64,000 bases of DNA from Promethearchaeota archaeon (GTDB lineage: Archaea > Asgardarchaeota > Heimdallarchaeia > Hodarchaeales > Hodarchaeaceae), in NCBI GenBank assembly GCA_048938105.1, contig JBHLMN010000013.1:32001-96000 (forward strand), given 5' to 3'. The position numbers and the translations under genes were made by a program. Numbering within the stretch: position 1 is the stretch's first letter; every line of letters begins with the position of its first letter. The notes below the pieces were generated by a model. It ran no database searches. It was given only the letters and a program-made list of their open reading frames with translations, and was not told where the DNA came from. This document shows, piece after piece, positions 39,379-49,202 of this stretch.

Positions 39379-42300
39379 GAATTTTACCTCTCACACGTCT
39401 TGTTTCTACATATAAGGATTCAAGAGGGCCTAGAGATTTGATTAATTCTGTAAATTCTGTTATTAGTTGAGCAAAACGATTTCCTTCACTAGCTGATATC
39501 CATTCAAGAGTCAGACGCCGCGAATCAATTCCTATTGAAGAGAGAGCTTTCTTCATTTTCTCAATGCGATCTTTTGCGTATAAATTACCTGAGATATAGT
39601 GACAATCCCCAGGGTGACAACCACTGACAAAAACACCATCAGCACCTTCCAGAAAAGCCCATAATAAGAAGAAGGGATCTATTCGTCCACTACACAATAC
39701 TCTGATAATGCGAATGTTGGAAGGGTATTGAAAACGTGAAATTCCAGCAAGGTCAGCTCCAGCATAAGAACACCAATTACAACAAAAACCGACAATTTTG
39801 GGTTCATCATTAGGAAAGGATCCATGGAGGGCTTCAGAAATTTGGTTTAAAATCTGGAGATCAGTGAAACCTTGCATTGTTATTGCTTTTGCAGGACAAG
39901 AAACGGCGCACACTCCACATCCTTTACAAATGGCTTCATTTACATGAGAAATCAGATCTATTGGATGAAAGCTTATTGCACCATATGGACATACGCTACC
40001 ACAGGTACCACATCCTACACAAAGTGCTGGATCAACTGTAGCAATATTAGTTTCTGCAACAATTTGCCCTAATCGCATAGGAATTGAAGCACGAGCAGCA
40101 GCTCCAGAAGCTTGACTGATTGTATCACTCACATTCTTCGGTGAATGGGCAATCCCACAAACATAAATCCCATCAGTGGCAAAGTCTAGTGGACGGAGTT
40201 TTACATGAGCTTCTTGAAAGAATCCATCTGTTCCCAAGGGAACTTTGAATAATTGGCTTAATTCCTTAGCACCAGATGAATTCACAAGTGGAGTAGCTAA
40301 TAATATTAAATCAGCTGAATAAGAATAATCTTCTCCTGTAAATATGTTATGGAATGATATAGTGATTCCAGTTTCACTAATATTCACATTGGGTTTGTTT
40401 TCCTCATTATAGCGAATGAAATATACTTGTTGAAGTTTACGTACCTCACTATAATATTCTTCAGCACTTTTTTCTACTAATCGAATATCTTGATGTAAAA
40501 TACGAATGTGAGCATTAGGATATCTTTTACTTAATTTTTTCACAGTTTTTAAAATAGCTGCGCATCCAATTCTGCAACAATACGTACGGTTGCTTCCTGC
40601 TTTCTCTTTCGATCCCACGCAGCTAATTAGAAATATATTGACAACATCTTTCGGTAATTTCTTCTTCTTAAGTGCTTGTTCAAATTCTAGTAAAGTCATT
40701 ATGCTTTTGTGGCGAGAATAGCCATAATATCCTACTGGTTTGAATTCTTCACCACCAGTTGCAATAATAACGGTTCCAACCTTGATTTTTTTGCTATCAT
40801 CACCTGAGAGGGTAATTTCAAAATTACCGACATATCCCCCAACATTTTCAACAGTTGTACTAAGATATACATGAATTTTTGGATTATTGGATATATTATT
40901 AATCTTTTCTTTCAGAATATCTCCAGTGAATTGATCTGTAGGAAATAATGTCGTCATTGTACGTAAAAGGCCTCCCAAGTACTTCTCCTTTTCCACTAAA
41001 TGAACATCAAACCCCATATTTGCAAGATCGTCAGCAGCAGTTAGTCCTGCAATTCCTCCACCGATAATTAGTGTTTCTGGAATCACTTTGAGTTGTTTTC
41101 TTACAGATGGTTCCAATAAACGGGCTTTTGCCACTGCCATAGCTGTAAGATCTTTAGCTTTATCTGTAGCATTTTCCCACTCGTGTGAATGAACCCAGGA
41201 ACATTGATCGCGGATATTTGCCATCTCAAAGAGAGATTCATTCAATCCTGCTTCTTTGCAGGTTGTTCGAAATAGGGATTCATGCGTTCTCGGAGAACAT
41301 GATGCAACAACAATTCGGTTTAGATTATAATCCTGAATAGCCTTTTTTATCAGAGTTTGAGTAGCTTCTGAACAGGTAAAAAGGTTATTTGTGGCGAATT
41401 CAACTTTGGGCAGTCTTTGTGCAAATTTGGTAACACTCTCCACATCAAGATAACCACCAATATTGTGACCACAGTGACACACAAAAACTCCAATTCGAGG
41501 TTCCTGATCAATTATATCTTGTAATTTGTTAGATATATCTTCAGCTACTTCTTTATAAACTTTAAATTTATTTTTATTTATTACAGCCAAAGCCTTCGCA
41601 GCAGCTCCACTTGCCTGAGAAACCGAATCTGGAATGTCTCTTGGACCCGCACTACAACCACAAAGATAGATGCCATCAACTGTGGTTTCTAATGGTGCGG
41701 AGACGGGATCTTTTTCCCTAAAGAAGCCATATTCATCAAGTTCTACTCCTAGAATTTCCGATAATTTCTTATTGCCTGTTGGGGCTTTAATGGCTGAGGA
41801 TAAAACCACTAAATCCGCCTCTAACTCCGCAGCCTTCCTTGAGATAATGTCTTCATAGAATATGATTAAATTATTATTATTTGTTTCATTGATTTCTGCT
41901 GGACGACTTCTTATGAAGTTGATCCCAATTTCATGTTTTCCTCGCTGATAGTATTCCTCAAATCCTTTTCCATATGCTCGCAAATCCATATAGAAGATAT
42001 AGGGTGTTATTTCAGGATGATGCTCTTTAGCAATCATTGCTTGTTTTGTTGCCCACATACAGCATACACGAGAACAATACGGTTGATTTATTGTAATATC
42101 GCGAGAACCTACACATTGAATCCATGCAATGGTTCTAGGGATTTTCTTATCTGAAAGGCGGCGAACTTGACTCTCTGTCGGTCCTGAGGCTGATAATAAG
42201 CGTTCAAATTGCATTCCTGTTAAAATATTAGGATAAATACCATATCCTAAATTATATTTCACAGTTGGGTCAAATTCTTCAAAACCTGTGGCTAATATAA

Positions 42301-42892
42301 TTGCAGATACAATAATTTCAAGCATTTCAGGCTTCTGATCACGATTGATAGCTCCAGGAGCACAAACTTTCTCGCATTTACCACAATTTTTGCAAAGATC
42401 TTTATCAATCGTTGCAACATTAGGTACAGCTTGAGCAAAATATCTATAGATAGCTCTACGGGTACCTAAATTATGATCAAATTCATTAGGAACTTTTACT
42501 GGACATACCTCAAAACAAGCTCCACATCCTGTACACTTTTCAGTATCAACATAACGAGGGTGCTTTTTTATAGTAACTTCAAAGTATCCTTTAGATCCAT
42601 TAACTTTTTCGATTGTAGAATATGTTATAAGTTCAATGTTTTGATTACGAACAACTTCGACCATTTTGGGAGCTTCAATGCATATCGCACAATCATTGGT
42701 AGGGAGAGTTTTATCAAGTTTTGCCATCGCTCCTCCAATTGACGGTGCATGGTCTACTAGGTAGACTTGGATCATCTGATTAGCAATATCGAGTGCTGCC
42801 TGCATACCAGCTATCCCCCCTCCAATAACTAGAACCCCGTTAACCGTCTCTATTTTCTCTAAGCTTGAGACAGAATTTAATTTCTCTTGCAT
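39368..42892 (-). CDS. hdrA: HdrA-like flavoprotein (two FAD modules) fused to C-terminal MvhD
   Basis: Two GGGIAG Rossmann motifs, LDKT.PTNDCAICI, CSRVCC, CHCG.NI, CSP..HE, NIRDQCSWVH; MvhD FCCNWCSYAGAD...CSGR...GCHPGDCHY. Confidence 0.92.
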   Translation of the reverse strand: MQEKLNSVSSLEKIETVNGVLVIGGGIAGMQAALDIANQMIQVYLVDHAPSIGGAMAKLDKTLPTNDCAICIEAPKMVEVVRNQNIELITYSTIEKVNGSKGYFEVTIKKHPRYVDTEKCTGCGACFEVCPVKVPNEFDHNLGTRRAIYRYFAQAVPNVATIDKDLCKNCGKCEKVCAPGAINRDQKPEMLEIIVSAIILATGFEEFDPTVKYNLGYGIYPNILTGMQFERLLSASGPTESQVRRLSDKKIPRTIAWIQCVGSRDITINQPYCSRVCCMWATKQAMIAKEHHPEITPYIFYMDLRAYGKGFEEYYQRGKHEIGINFIRSRPAEINETNNNNLIIFYEDIISRKAAELEADLVVLSSAIKAPTGNKKLSEILGVELDEYGFFREKDPVSAPLETTVDGIYLCGCSAGPRDIPDSVSQASGAAAKALAVINKNKFKVYKEVAEDISNKLQDIIDQEPRIGVFVCHCGHNIGGYLDVESVTKFAQRLPKVEFATNNLFTCSEATQTLIKKAIQDYNLNRIVVASCSPRTHESLFRTTCKEAGLNESLFEMANIRDQCSWVHSHEWENATDKAKDLTAMAVAKARLLEPSVRKQLKVIPETLIIGGGIAGLTAADDLANMGFDVHLVEKEKYLGGLLRTMTTLFPTDQFTGDILKEKINNISNNPKIHVYLSTTVENVGGYVGNFEITLSGDDSKKIKVGTVIIATGGEEFKPVGYYGYSRHKSIMTLLEFEQALKKKKLPKDVVNIFLISCVGSKEKAGSNRTYCCRIGCAAILKTVKKLSKRYPNAHIRILHQDIRLVEKSAEEYYSEVRKLQQVYFIRYNEENKPNVNISETGITISFHNIFTGEDYSYSADLILLATPLVNSSGAKELSQLFKVPLGTDGFFQEAHVKLRPLDFATDGIYVCGIAHSPKNVSDTISQASGAAARASIPMRLGQIVAETNIATVDPALCVGCGTCGSVCPYGAISFHPIDLISHVNEAICKGCGVCAVSCPAKAITMQGFTDLQILNQISEALHGSFPNDEPKIVGFCCNWCSYAGADLAGISRFQYPSNIRIIRVLCSGRIDPFFLLWAFLEGADGVFVSGCHPGDCHYISGNLYAKDRIEKMKKALSSIGIDSRRLTLEWISASEGNRFAQLITEFTELIKSLGPLESLYVETRRVRGKIHVV

Positions 42893-42947
42893 TTTAATAC
42901 ATCAACTTGAAAAATGCATAGTAATACTCATAGATAAATTTAATTGG

Positions 42948-43355
42948 TTAATCCACCTTTTTTCCGTCTCTTATGATGTCAATGACATGTTTTACCACAT
43001 CTCGGGGTTCAAAACTGTTTTCGGTTATTTTCACTCCCCTTTTATGCCGTATGATAGGAAAAACATTTGAAAAATTCTGATAAATGGGTATAATCTCTAA
43101 TCCTGAATTAAAAGCTAAATTGACTTCTTCACACATGTCTAAGATGTTTCGTGCTTCTTTTGAACAAAAAAATATACAGACATCAATCAGGTTATTTGAG
43201 AAATTTAGACACCTACAAAGGCTGTCTTTACTCCTATCAGTCTCACACAAAACAATTCTGTCAAAATCTGAATATTTTTTGATTTCTTCAATGAAATCAG
43301 AAACTCTCAAAGATTGCTTATCATGTTCATTATAACTAATAAATAGATTTAACAT
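42948..43355 (-). CDS. Stand-alone TIR-domain protein
   Basis: LFISY (box 1), IFFCS, MCEEVNLA (putative catalytic Glu), IIPIY. Confidence 0.72.
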   Translation of the reverse strand: MLNLFISYNEHDKQSLRVSDFIEEIKKYSDFDRIVLCETDRSKDSLCRCLNFSNNLIDVCIFFCSKEARNILDMCEEVNLAFNSGLEIIPIYQNFSNVFPIIRHKRGVKITENSFEPRDVVKHVIDIIRDGKKVD

Positions 43356-43367
43356 AATCTTTACTTC

Positions 43368-44576
43368 CTAAGATTCATCCTCTAAAGCGTCTAAGACTCT
43401 CTGTTGAGCAATTTCCTTGGCTATTATTCGTGGAATAAGGCCAGAATCGATTGTTCTTTCACTAATTAATTTAGCGTTCTTCTTGATTTTTGACTCAATT
43501 AATACAAAAGCTTCTGCTGCATCCATTTTTCTATATTCGGCAAAAGAGCCAATAATCCCTCCAGCATTGACTAGAATATCAGGGAGGATGATTACACCTT
43601 TTTCAAACAATTTTCTTTCAGCGATAGTGGTTGAACTATTATTAGCTCCTTCAACAATGAGCTTTGTTTTAAGTTGAGTAATTGTATCTTCATTTATTAC
43701 ACAATCATACGCGCAGGGAATAAATACATCACATTCTATTTCATAGATCTCGTCTCTAGGTAAGATCATACCCTCTCTCGAACGTTTTAATGAACGTTCT
43801 TTATTCATGGCATGTGCAAATTTTCTAATCTTTTTAATATCTATACCATCTGAATTATAGAGAGTTCCCCAGTTATCATTTACAGCGATTATATTCGCTC
43901 CTTTGCTATTCAAATATTTTGCCGTTCCATAACCTACCTTACCAAAACCTTGGATTACTACGCGTGTCTCCGATAAACAATTAGGGCATTGAATTGAATC
44001 ATGTAAAACTTGAAGACTTGTTTCAAGAGCCACTCCAATTCCGAATCCAGTCATATCATTCTTATAAGATATTCCTCCAAGGCTAGTTGGTTTTCCAGTG
44101 GCTCCTAGTAGATCACCAACGGTTTCTACAAAAGCTGCAATTTCTTTTTCACCAACATTTATATCTGGACCAGCTATATATTTATTAGGAATAAAAGGTG
44201 CTATTTTATCAGCAAAAGCTTTGATATACTTGATTGTATCAATTTCAAACGGATCTGCACGAATACCAGCTTGAGCTCCCCCGAACGGAATTTCTGCCAG
44301 AGCGCATTTCCAAGTCATTAATCTAGCAAGTTTAAAAATCCCTAAAGGAGTAATTGTAGGAGAAATTCTAATTCCCCCTTTCCCTGGCCCTAATGTAGTG
44401 TTATCAATTATTAAATACCCTTGCATTTGTATATCAGGGTCATAAACTTGAACCACTCTTTCAGGCCCCCACTTATCTAGAAAAGCTGAAATATTAACAT
44501 GATTTAAGGCTTCAAGAATATTTTCACTGCTTAGTACTGTTTTTTCATCCTGAGAAGACATTCTTGACATATCCAT
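43368..44576 (-). CDS. Glu/Leu/Phe/Val dehydrogenase paralog with catalytic Lys replaced (probable pseudo-enzyme)
   Basis: GPGKGGIR, MTWK, QGFGKVG, EGAN, NAGG present, but GGAKGG reads GGAQAG; start likely ATG 44576. Confidence 0.8.
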   Translation of the reverse strand: MDMSRMSSQDEKTVLSSENILEALNHVNISAFLDKWGPERVVQVYDPDIQMQGYLIIDNTTLGPGKGGIRISPTITPLGIFKLARLMTWKCALAEIPFGGAQAGIRADPFEIDTIKYIKAFADKIAPFIPNKYIAGPDINVGEKEIAAFVETVGDLLGATGKPTSLGGISYKNDMTGFGIGVALETSLQVLHDSIQCPNCLSETRVVIQGFGKVGYGTAKYLNSKGANIIAVNDNWGTLYNSDGIDIKKIRKFAHAMNKERSLKRSREGMILPRDEIYEIECDVFIPCAYDCVINEDTITQLKTKLIVEGANNSSTTIAERKLFEKGVIILPDILVNAGGIIGSFAEYRKMDAAEAFVLIESKIKKNAKLISERTIDSGLIPRIIAKEIAQQRVLDALEDES

Positions 44577-44876
44577 AAAATATAAGCCATCTAGATACAA
44601 GAATAATGAAAAAACAGAAATATAAAACATTGATGTACAAAATTAAGAAAAAAACACTAATAACTGAGAACAAAAAAAGAAATAATGTATTAAAAACGAC
44701 ATTTTCTTTTTATTTTTGTATTCAATGTGTTATAATATTATAACAGAAAAAATACTTCTATTCGTAATTTTGACATATTTGATATTATAAAAAGAAATTT
44801 GATAACAAAATGATTACATTTATATTTATCAATTTTTACATAAGGAGTTGAAAAAATTAGGATAGTATTTTATTTC

Positions 44877-45944
44877 ATGAAAAAGATTCTTGAAGATAAT
44901 TTGAACTTAAAAATTTTAGAACTAATATGTGCAGGTGAGGGGGTCTCTGTCAATACTACTGAACTATCAAAAGTTCTAGGTAAGCATCGAAATACCATAA
45001 AAAATAATATTGCTAAGCTATTCGAACACGAAATCATAGAAAAGCCCTTTTATCCTTTCTCTTATCTTTTTAAGGAATGGCCTCTTCTTGTCATTGAAAA
45101 AGCAAATTTTCAAAGAAACTTGAAAACAAATGTTTTTATTGAAAAGGATCCAGTTATATGGGCAGCTTTTTTTGTTAAGGAAAATGAATACAACACATTT
45201 CTAATTGAATTTCATAAGGATTTATATTCTTATCAAAATTGGAAAGAAAGTATAATCAAAGAGGCAAAGATTACTCTTAAGGAGGAAACCTATCCATCTG
45301 AGGCAATTTTTTTAACAATGAGAAATTTAATTAAGTATGAGCCAACAATCGCAGTGCAAATATTAGAAACTAATTATAAAAACCATCATCATCAAGAGCT
45401 AAATGGCTTAAAGCTTAGTGATTTCAGGCTTGAACTTATTAAACTTCTTTTAACTGGGAAATGTATTAGAACTAATGAGTATCACATTAGTGATATGCTT
45501 GATGTCCATCGTCGCACTGTTAAACGTCGAATTGAAAAATTATTAGAACATAGAATAATTGATAGTCCAGTTTGTTGCTTCCCAAGAGTTTGGGTGCCAC
45601 CAAAATATTTTCTGGTCTTTTCTTTATTTGAAATAAAGAATAAAAATGAGTTGGTATTGAGAACATTAAGGAATGATCCCCATGTTCCAATTCTTTTCAG
45701 AGCTGTTGTAGATAAATTTAATCTTGCTCTCTTTAGCAATTTTTATAAAATGGAAGATTTTTTGGAATGGGCGGAAGAATATGATCAAAGATTTCCTGGA
45801 TGCATTGGAGCAGTCAGGAATACATTTCTTTCTCCCTCCATGACTTTCTCTATTGCCCATAATTATGTTACTCTCACATTTATTCAAAATATTGCTAATC
45901 GTTTACGAGGTAAGGTATTTGTTGAAATGATGAAAGAAAGCTAA
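44877..45944 (+). CDS. Transcriptional regulator with two tandem HTH + Lrp/AsnC-like modules (paralog of 16672)
   Basis: LNLK.L.L.CAGEGVS.N, KHRNT, FKE.PLLV, IRTNE, FPRV.VPP, RNDPHVP, LSP.MTF shared; divergent from pseudo-GDH/HdrA operon. Confidence 0.7.
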   Translation: MKKILEDNLNLKILELICAGEGVSVNTTELSKVLGKHRNTIKNNIAKLFEHEIIEKPFYPFSYLFKEWPLLVIEKANFQRNLKTNVFIEKDPVIWAAFFVKENEYNTFLIEFHKDLYSYQNWKESIIKEAKITLKEETYPSEAIFLTMRNLIKYEPTIAVQILETNYKNHHHQELNGLKLSDFRLELIKLLLTGKCIRTNEYHISDMLDVHRRTVKRRIEKLLEHRIIDSPVCCFPRVWVPPKYFLVFSLFEIKNKNELVLRTLRNDPHVPILFRAVVDKFNLALFSNFYKMEDFLEWAEEYDQRFPGCIGAVRNTFLSPSMTFSIAHNYVTLTFIQNIANRLRGKVFVEMMKES

Positions 45945-46031
45945 TAATTTATTCTACAAAAAGCTGGCTATCTAGCTTTAATGGATTTTCATCTCCGAGT
46001 ACCAATATTTCAAGCTAGAGATTAACACCAA

Positions 46032-49000
46032 TCATTTTTGAATTGTAATTGTAATTTCTCTTATATTCTCATGAGGATCTTGAATTTTCCACTCTTTTGT
46101 AAATCCTTCTTGTGTTGTTAGAAACTCTAATTTTTGTGCCAATACTTCTTCTTTAATCAATGAAGAATACTTATTGATGATTTCCATGATTTCCAGATCA
46201 GTATTGGAAATGTATACTGTTATCTCTGCATCATATTCAAGTTCCATATCCTTTCTCATTGATTGGATTCGTCGAATCAAGTCACGTACGAACCCTTCAT
46301 GAATTAAATCCTCAGTTAATTCTAAGTTTAAGAAGAGATCACCGTGACTAAAAGATGTTCCACTAAATCCCTCTCGTTCTGTAATTCTGATTTCAAGGTC
46401 ATCTTTATGAATTTCAAAAACATTACCATCAATAGCTATCTGATAGTTTCCGTCTTGTGCTATTTTATCTGCGATTTCTTTTGCAGTTTGCCCCTTTTGG
46501 TTTCTCATCCAGTTTGCGATAGCATTAGCGCTCTTTTTGAATTTTGGGCCTAATTGTTTATAATTAGGAGAGAAAATAATTTCTTGGAATTCCAAGGGGT
46601 CATCAGTAAAGTTAATATCCTTAACATTGAGCTCTTGCAGTATTAGATCTTTTAGCGTGTTAATAGCTTCATTTCCTTCCGCATTAGTAACAAAAATTAC
46701 TTGTGGTAACGGCCAACGAGCTTTTAAACCTTTTTGAGCACGAATGGCCCGACCATTCGTAATTGCATCCCGAGTAATTTTGACTAAACTCTCAATTTTT
46801 GGATCAATCAAGGTCTCATTTGGTTCTGGTAAACTTTCTAGATGAACACTCTCTAATCCAAGCCCTTGACTAGTAACAAGGATTTGATACATTTTTTCAC
46901 TAAAAAAAGGCAGAATTGGAGCAAGAGTCTTCGTTAATGAGTGGAGGATTTCATAGAGGGTGGAGTAAGCGGATTTCTTGGATAAACTTAGTTCTTTCTC
47001 CCAAAATCGGCGACGAGACTGTCGAATCCACAAATTTGAGAGATCACTATTGAGAAAGGTTTGGAGTGTTTTGGTTACAAGATGAATTGATAAATCATCA
47101 AAACCTTGGTGAACGTCTTTAAGTACACTATTGTATCGTGAAAGAATCCACTGATCTAAAATAGGGCGATCTACTGGAGAAATATGATATTTCTTGTCTT
47201 CTGGTGAATATTGATCAAGGTTTGCATAAGTTACAAAGAATAATAATACATTCCATAAGGGCAGGATGAATTCTTTCATGCTCTCCTCTACAAGATTAAG
47301 TCCAAATCGAACATCATTCCATGTGGGAGTACTGAACAGCATCCAGCGAGCTGAATCAGCTCCAAATCTTTCAAAAACATTCTTCGGTGCAATAACATTG
47401 CCTTTTGACTTTGACATCTTCTTTCCCTCCTCATCTTGGGTATGACCCATCGTTAAACATGTTTTAAATGAAATGCTATCAAAAACAACGGTTGAAATAG
47501 CATGAAGCGAATAGAACCATCCCCGTGTTTGGTCAATAGCCTCGGTAATGAAATCAACTGGAAAGTGACTATGAAATTCTTCCTTATTCTCAAATGGGTA
47601 ATGCCATTGAGCAAAAGGAGCAGCTCCAGAATCATACCAACAATCAATGACATATTCTTCACGAGTAGATATTGCATTGCAGGAAGGACATTTGACTACA
47701 ATTTGATCGACATAAGGTTTATGGAGAGAAAAATCGTCTGGTAAACCCCCCTGAGTTAAATTGTTAAGTTCTTCTCGACTACCAATAGCAAATTCATGTC
47801 CATTCTCACAGGTCCAAATTGGGAGAGGAGTACCCCAATATCGAGAACGGGAGAGTGCCCAATCTTTAAGTTCATCAAGAAAATTCCCAAACCGTCCATT
47901 TTTTAGATGTTTGGGCATCCAACGTATTTGTTGGTTTAATTCTTGGATACGTTCCCTTAGTTGACTCATTCCGATAAACCATGACTCCATCGCATAATAT
48001 AGTAATGGAGAATCACATCTCCAACAAAAAGGATAAGTGTGTGTAATGGTTTTCTCACGTAAGAGCTTATTTTCCTGGCGTAATTTTTCCATGATGTGAG
48101 GATCTGCTTCTTTAACATGCATACCTCCGAAGTCAGGCATGTCCTTTACAAAAGTACCATCCTCTAAGACTGGATGGAACATCTCGACTCCAATCTCTTG
48201 ACAGAGTTCATAATCTTCAACACCAAAAGCAGGGGCACAATGAACAATGCCTGTACCTTCATCCATTGAAACAAAGTCTGCATCAGTTACAAAGTGAGCT
48301 TTTCCAGTTTTCTTTTCGGCCGTATATGAAAAGAGAGCTTCATATTCCATTCCAATGAGCTCTTCTCCCTTAAATTCTCGAATAATTGGTTTTCCCTCTG
48401 GAAAAACTGGATATAATAATTTTTTAGCAAAAATTAGGAATTCTTTTTCATGTTCTACCTCAATGTAGGTTTCCTCCTTGGCTATTGCTAAAACCAAGTT
48501 CGATAACAGTGTCCAAGGAGTGGTTGTCCAGGCCAAAAAATAGCGATTTTCTTCTCCCTTGACTTTGAATTTGATGTATATACTCGGGTCTTGGGTTTCT
48601 TGATATCCTTGAGCAACTTCATGAGACGAGATCGGAGTACCACATCTAGTACAGTAAGGAATAACTTTATAGCCTTTGAATAAGAGTTTTTTCTCATATA
48701 TTTGCTTTAATGACCACCATACTGATTCAATATACTCCTCTGACATGGTAATATAAGATCTTGGCATATCAAGATGAAATCCAATTCTAGTAGACATTTC
48801 TTCCCATTCATTAACATATCTTAAGACAGATTCACGACATTTTTCATTAAATTCCTCAATGCCATAGGCTTCAATGTCCTCTTTTCCCTCCAATCCTAAC
48901 TCCTTCTCTACTTCAATTTCGACAGGTAACCCATGACAATCCCAACCTCCGATTCGAGGAGTAATATGATGGCCTGTCATTGATTTATAACGCAAAAAAA

Positions 49001-49202
49001 CATCCTTTATAGCGCGGGTTAAAGCATGCCCCATGTGTGGATGCCCATTGGCTGTTGGTGGGCCTTCAACAAAAACATAAGGAGTTCTTCCTCGAGATGC
49101 TTTTTGAACCTTATTTTCGATATCATTTTTTTCCCAATAGTTAAAGATAGCCTCTTCTTGGATTGGAAGATCAGGTGTTGCAGGTAAAGTAGGAAATTTC
49201 AC
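46032..49202 (-). CDS. ileS: Isoleucyl-tRNA synthetase (type 2, archaeal/eukaryote-like)
   Basis: GPPTANGHPHMGH, GWDCHGLP, WTTTPWT, DWALSRSRYWGTP, DQTRGWF, KMSKS. Confidence 0.97.
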   Translation of the reverse strand: MKFPTLPATPDLPIQEEAIFNYWEKNDIENKVQKASRGRTPYVFVEGPPTANGHPHMGHALTRAIKDVFLRYKSMTGHHITPRIGGWDCHGLPVEIEVEKELGLEGKEDIEAYGIEEFNEKCRESVLRYVNEWEEMSTRIGFHLDMPRSYITMSEEYIESVWWSLKQIYEKKLLFKGYKVIPYCTRCGTPISSHEVAQGYQETQDPSIYIKFKVKGEENRYFLAWTTTPWTLLSNLVLAIAKEETYIEVEHEKEFLIFAKKLLYPVFPEGKPIIREFKGEELIGMEYEALFSYTAEKKTGKAHFVTDADFVSMDEGTGIVHCAPAFGVEDYELCQEIGVEMFHPVLEDGTFVKDMPDFGGMHVKEADPHIMEKLRQENKLLREKTITHTYPFCWRCDSPLLYYAMESWFIGMSQLRERIQELNQQIRWMPKHLKNGRFGNFLDELKDWALSRSRYWGTPLPIWTCENGHEFAIGSREELNNLTQGGLPDDFSLHKPYVDQIVVKCPSCNAISTREEYVIDCWYDSGAAPFAQWHYPFENKEEFHSHFPVDFITEAIDQTRGWFYSLHAISTVVFDSISFKTCLTMGHTQDEEGKKMSKSKGNVIAPKNVFERFGADSARWMLFSTPTWNDVRFGLNLVEESMKEFILPLWNVLLFFVTYANLDQYSPEDKKYHISPVDRPILDQWILSRYNSVLKDVHQGFDDLSIHLVTKTLQTFLNSDLSNLWIRQSRRRFWEKELSLSKKSAYSTLYEILHSLTKTLAPILPFFSEKMYQILVTSQGLGLESVHLESLPEPNETLIDPKIESLVKITRDAITNGRAIRAQKGLKARWPLPQVIFVTNAEGNEAINTLKDLILQELNVKDINFTDDPLEFQEIIFSPNYKQLGPKFKKSANAIANWMRNQKGQTAKEIADKIAQDGNYQIAIDGNVFEIHKDDLEIRITEREGFSGTSFSHGDLFLNLELTEDLIHEGFVRDLIRRIQSMRKDMELEYDAEITVYISNTDLEIMEIINKYSSLIKEEVLAQKLEFLTTQEGFTKEWKIQDPHENIREITITIQK

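Noticed and set aside
39368-42892. Selenocysteine in HdrA/MvhD or hydrogenase (as in some Asgard and methanogen homologs)
   Set aside because: ORFs are uninterrupted with Cys at the motif positions; no in-frame TGA readthrough needed
13760-45950. Mobile element/integrated island call
   Set aside because: No integrase, transposase, tRNA target or terminal repeats detected
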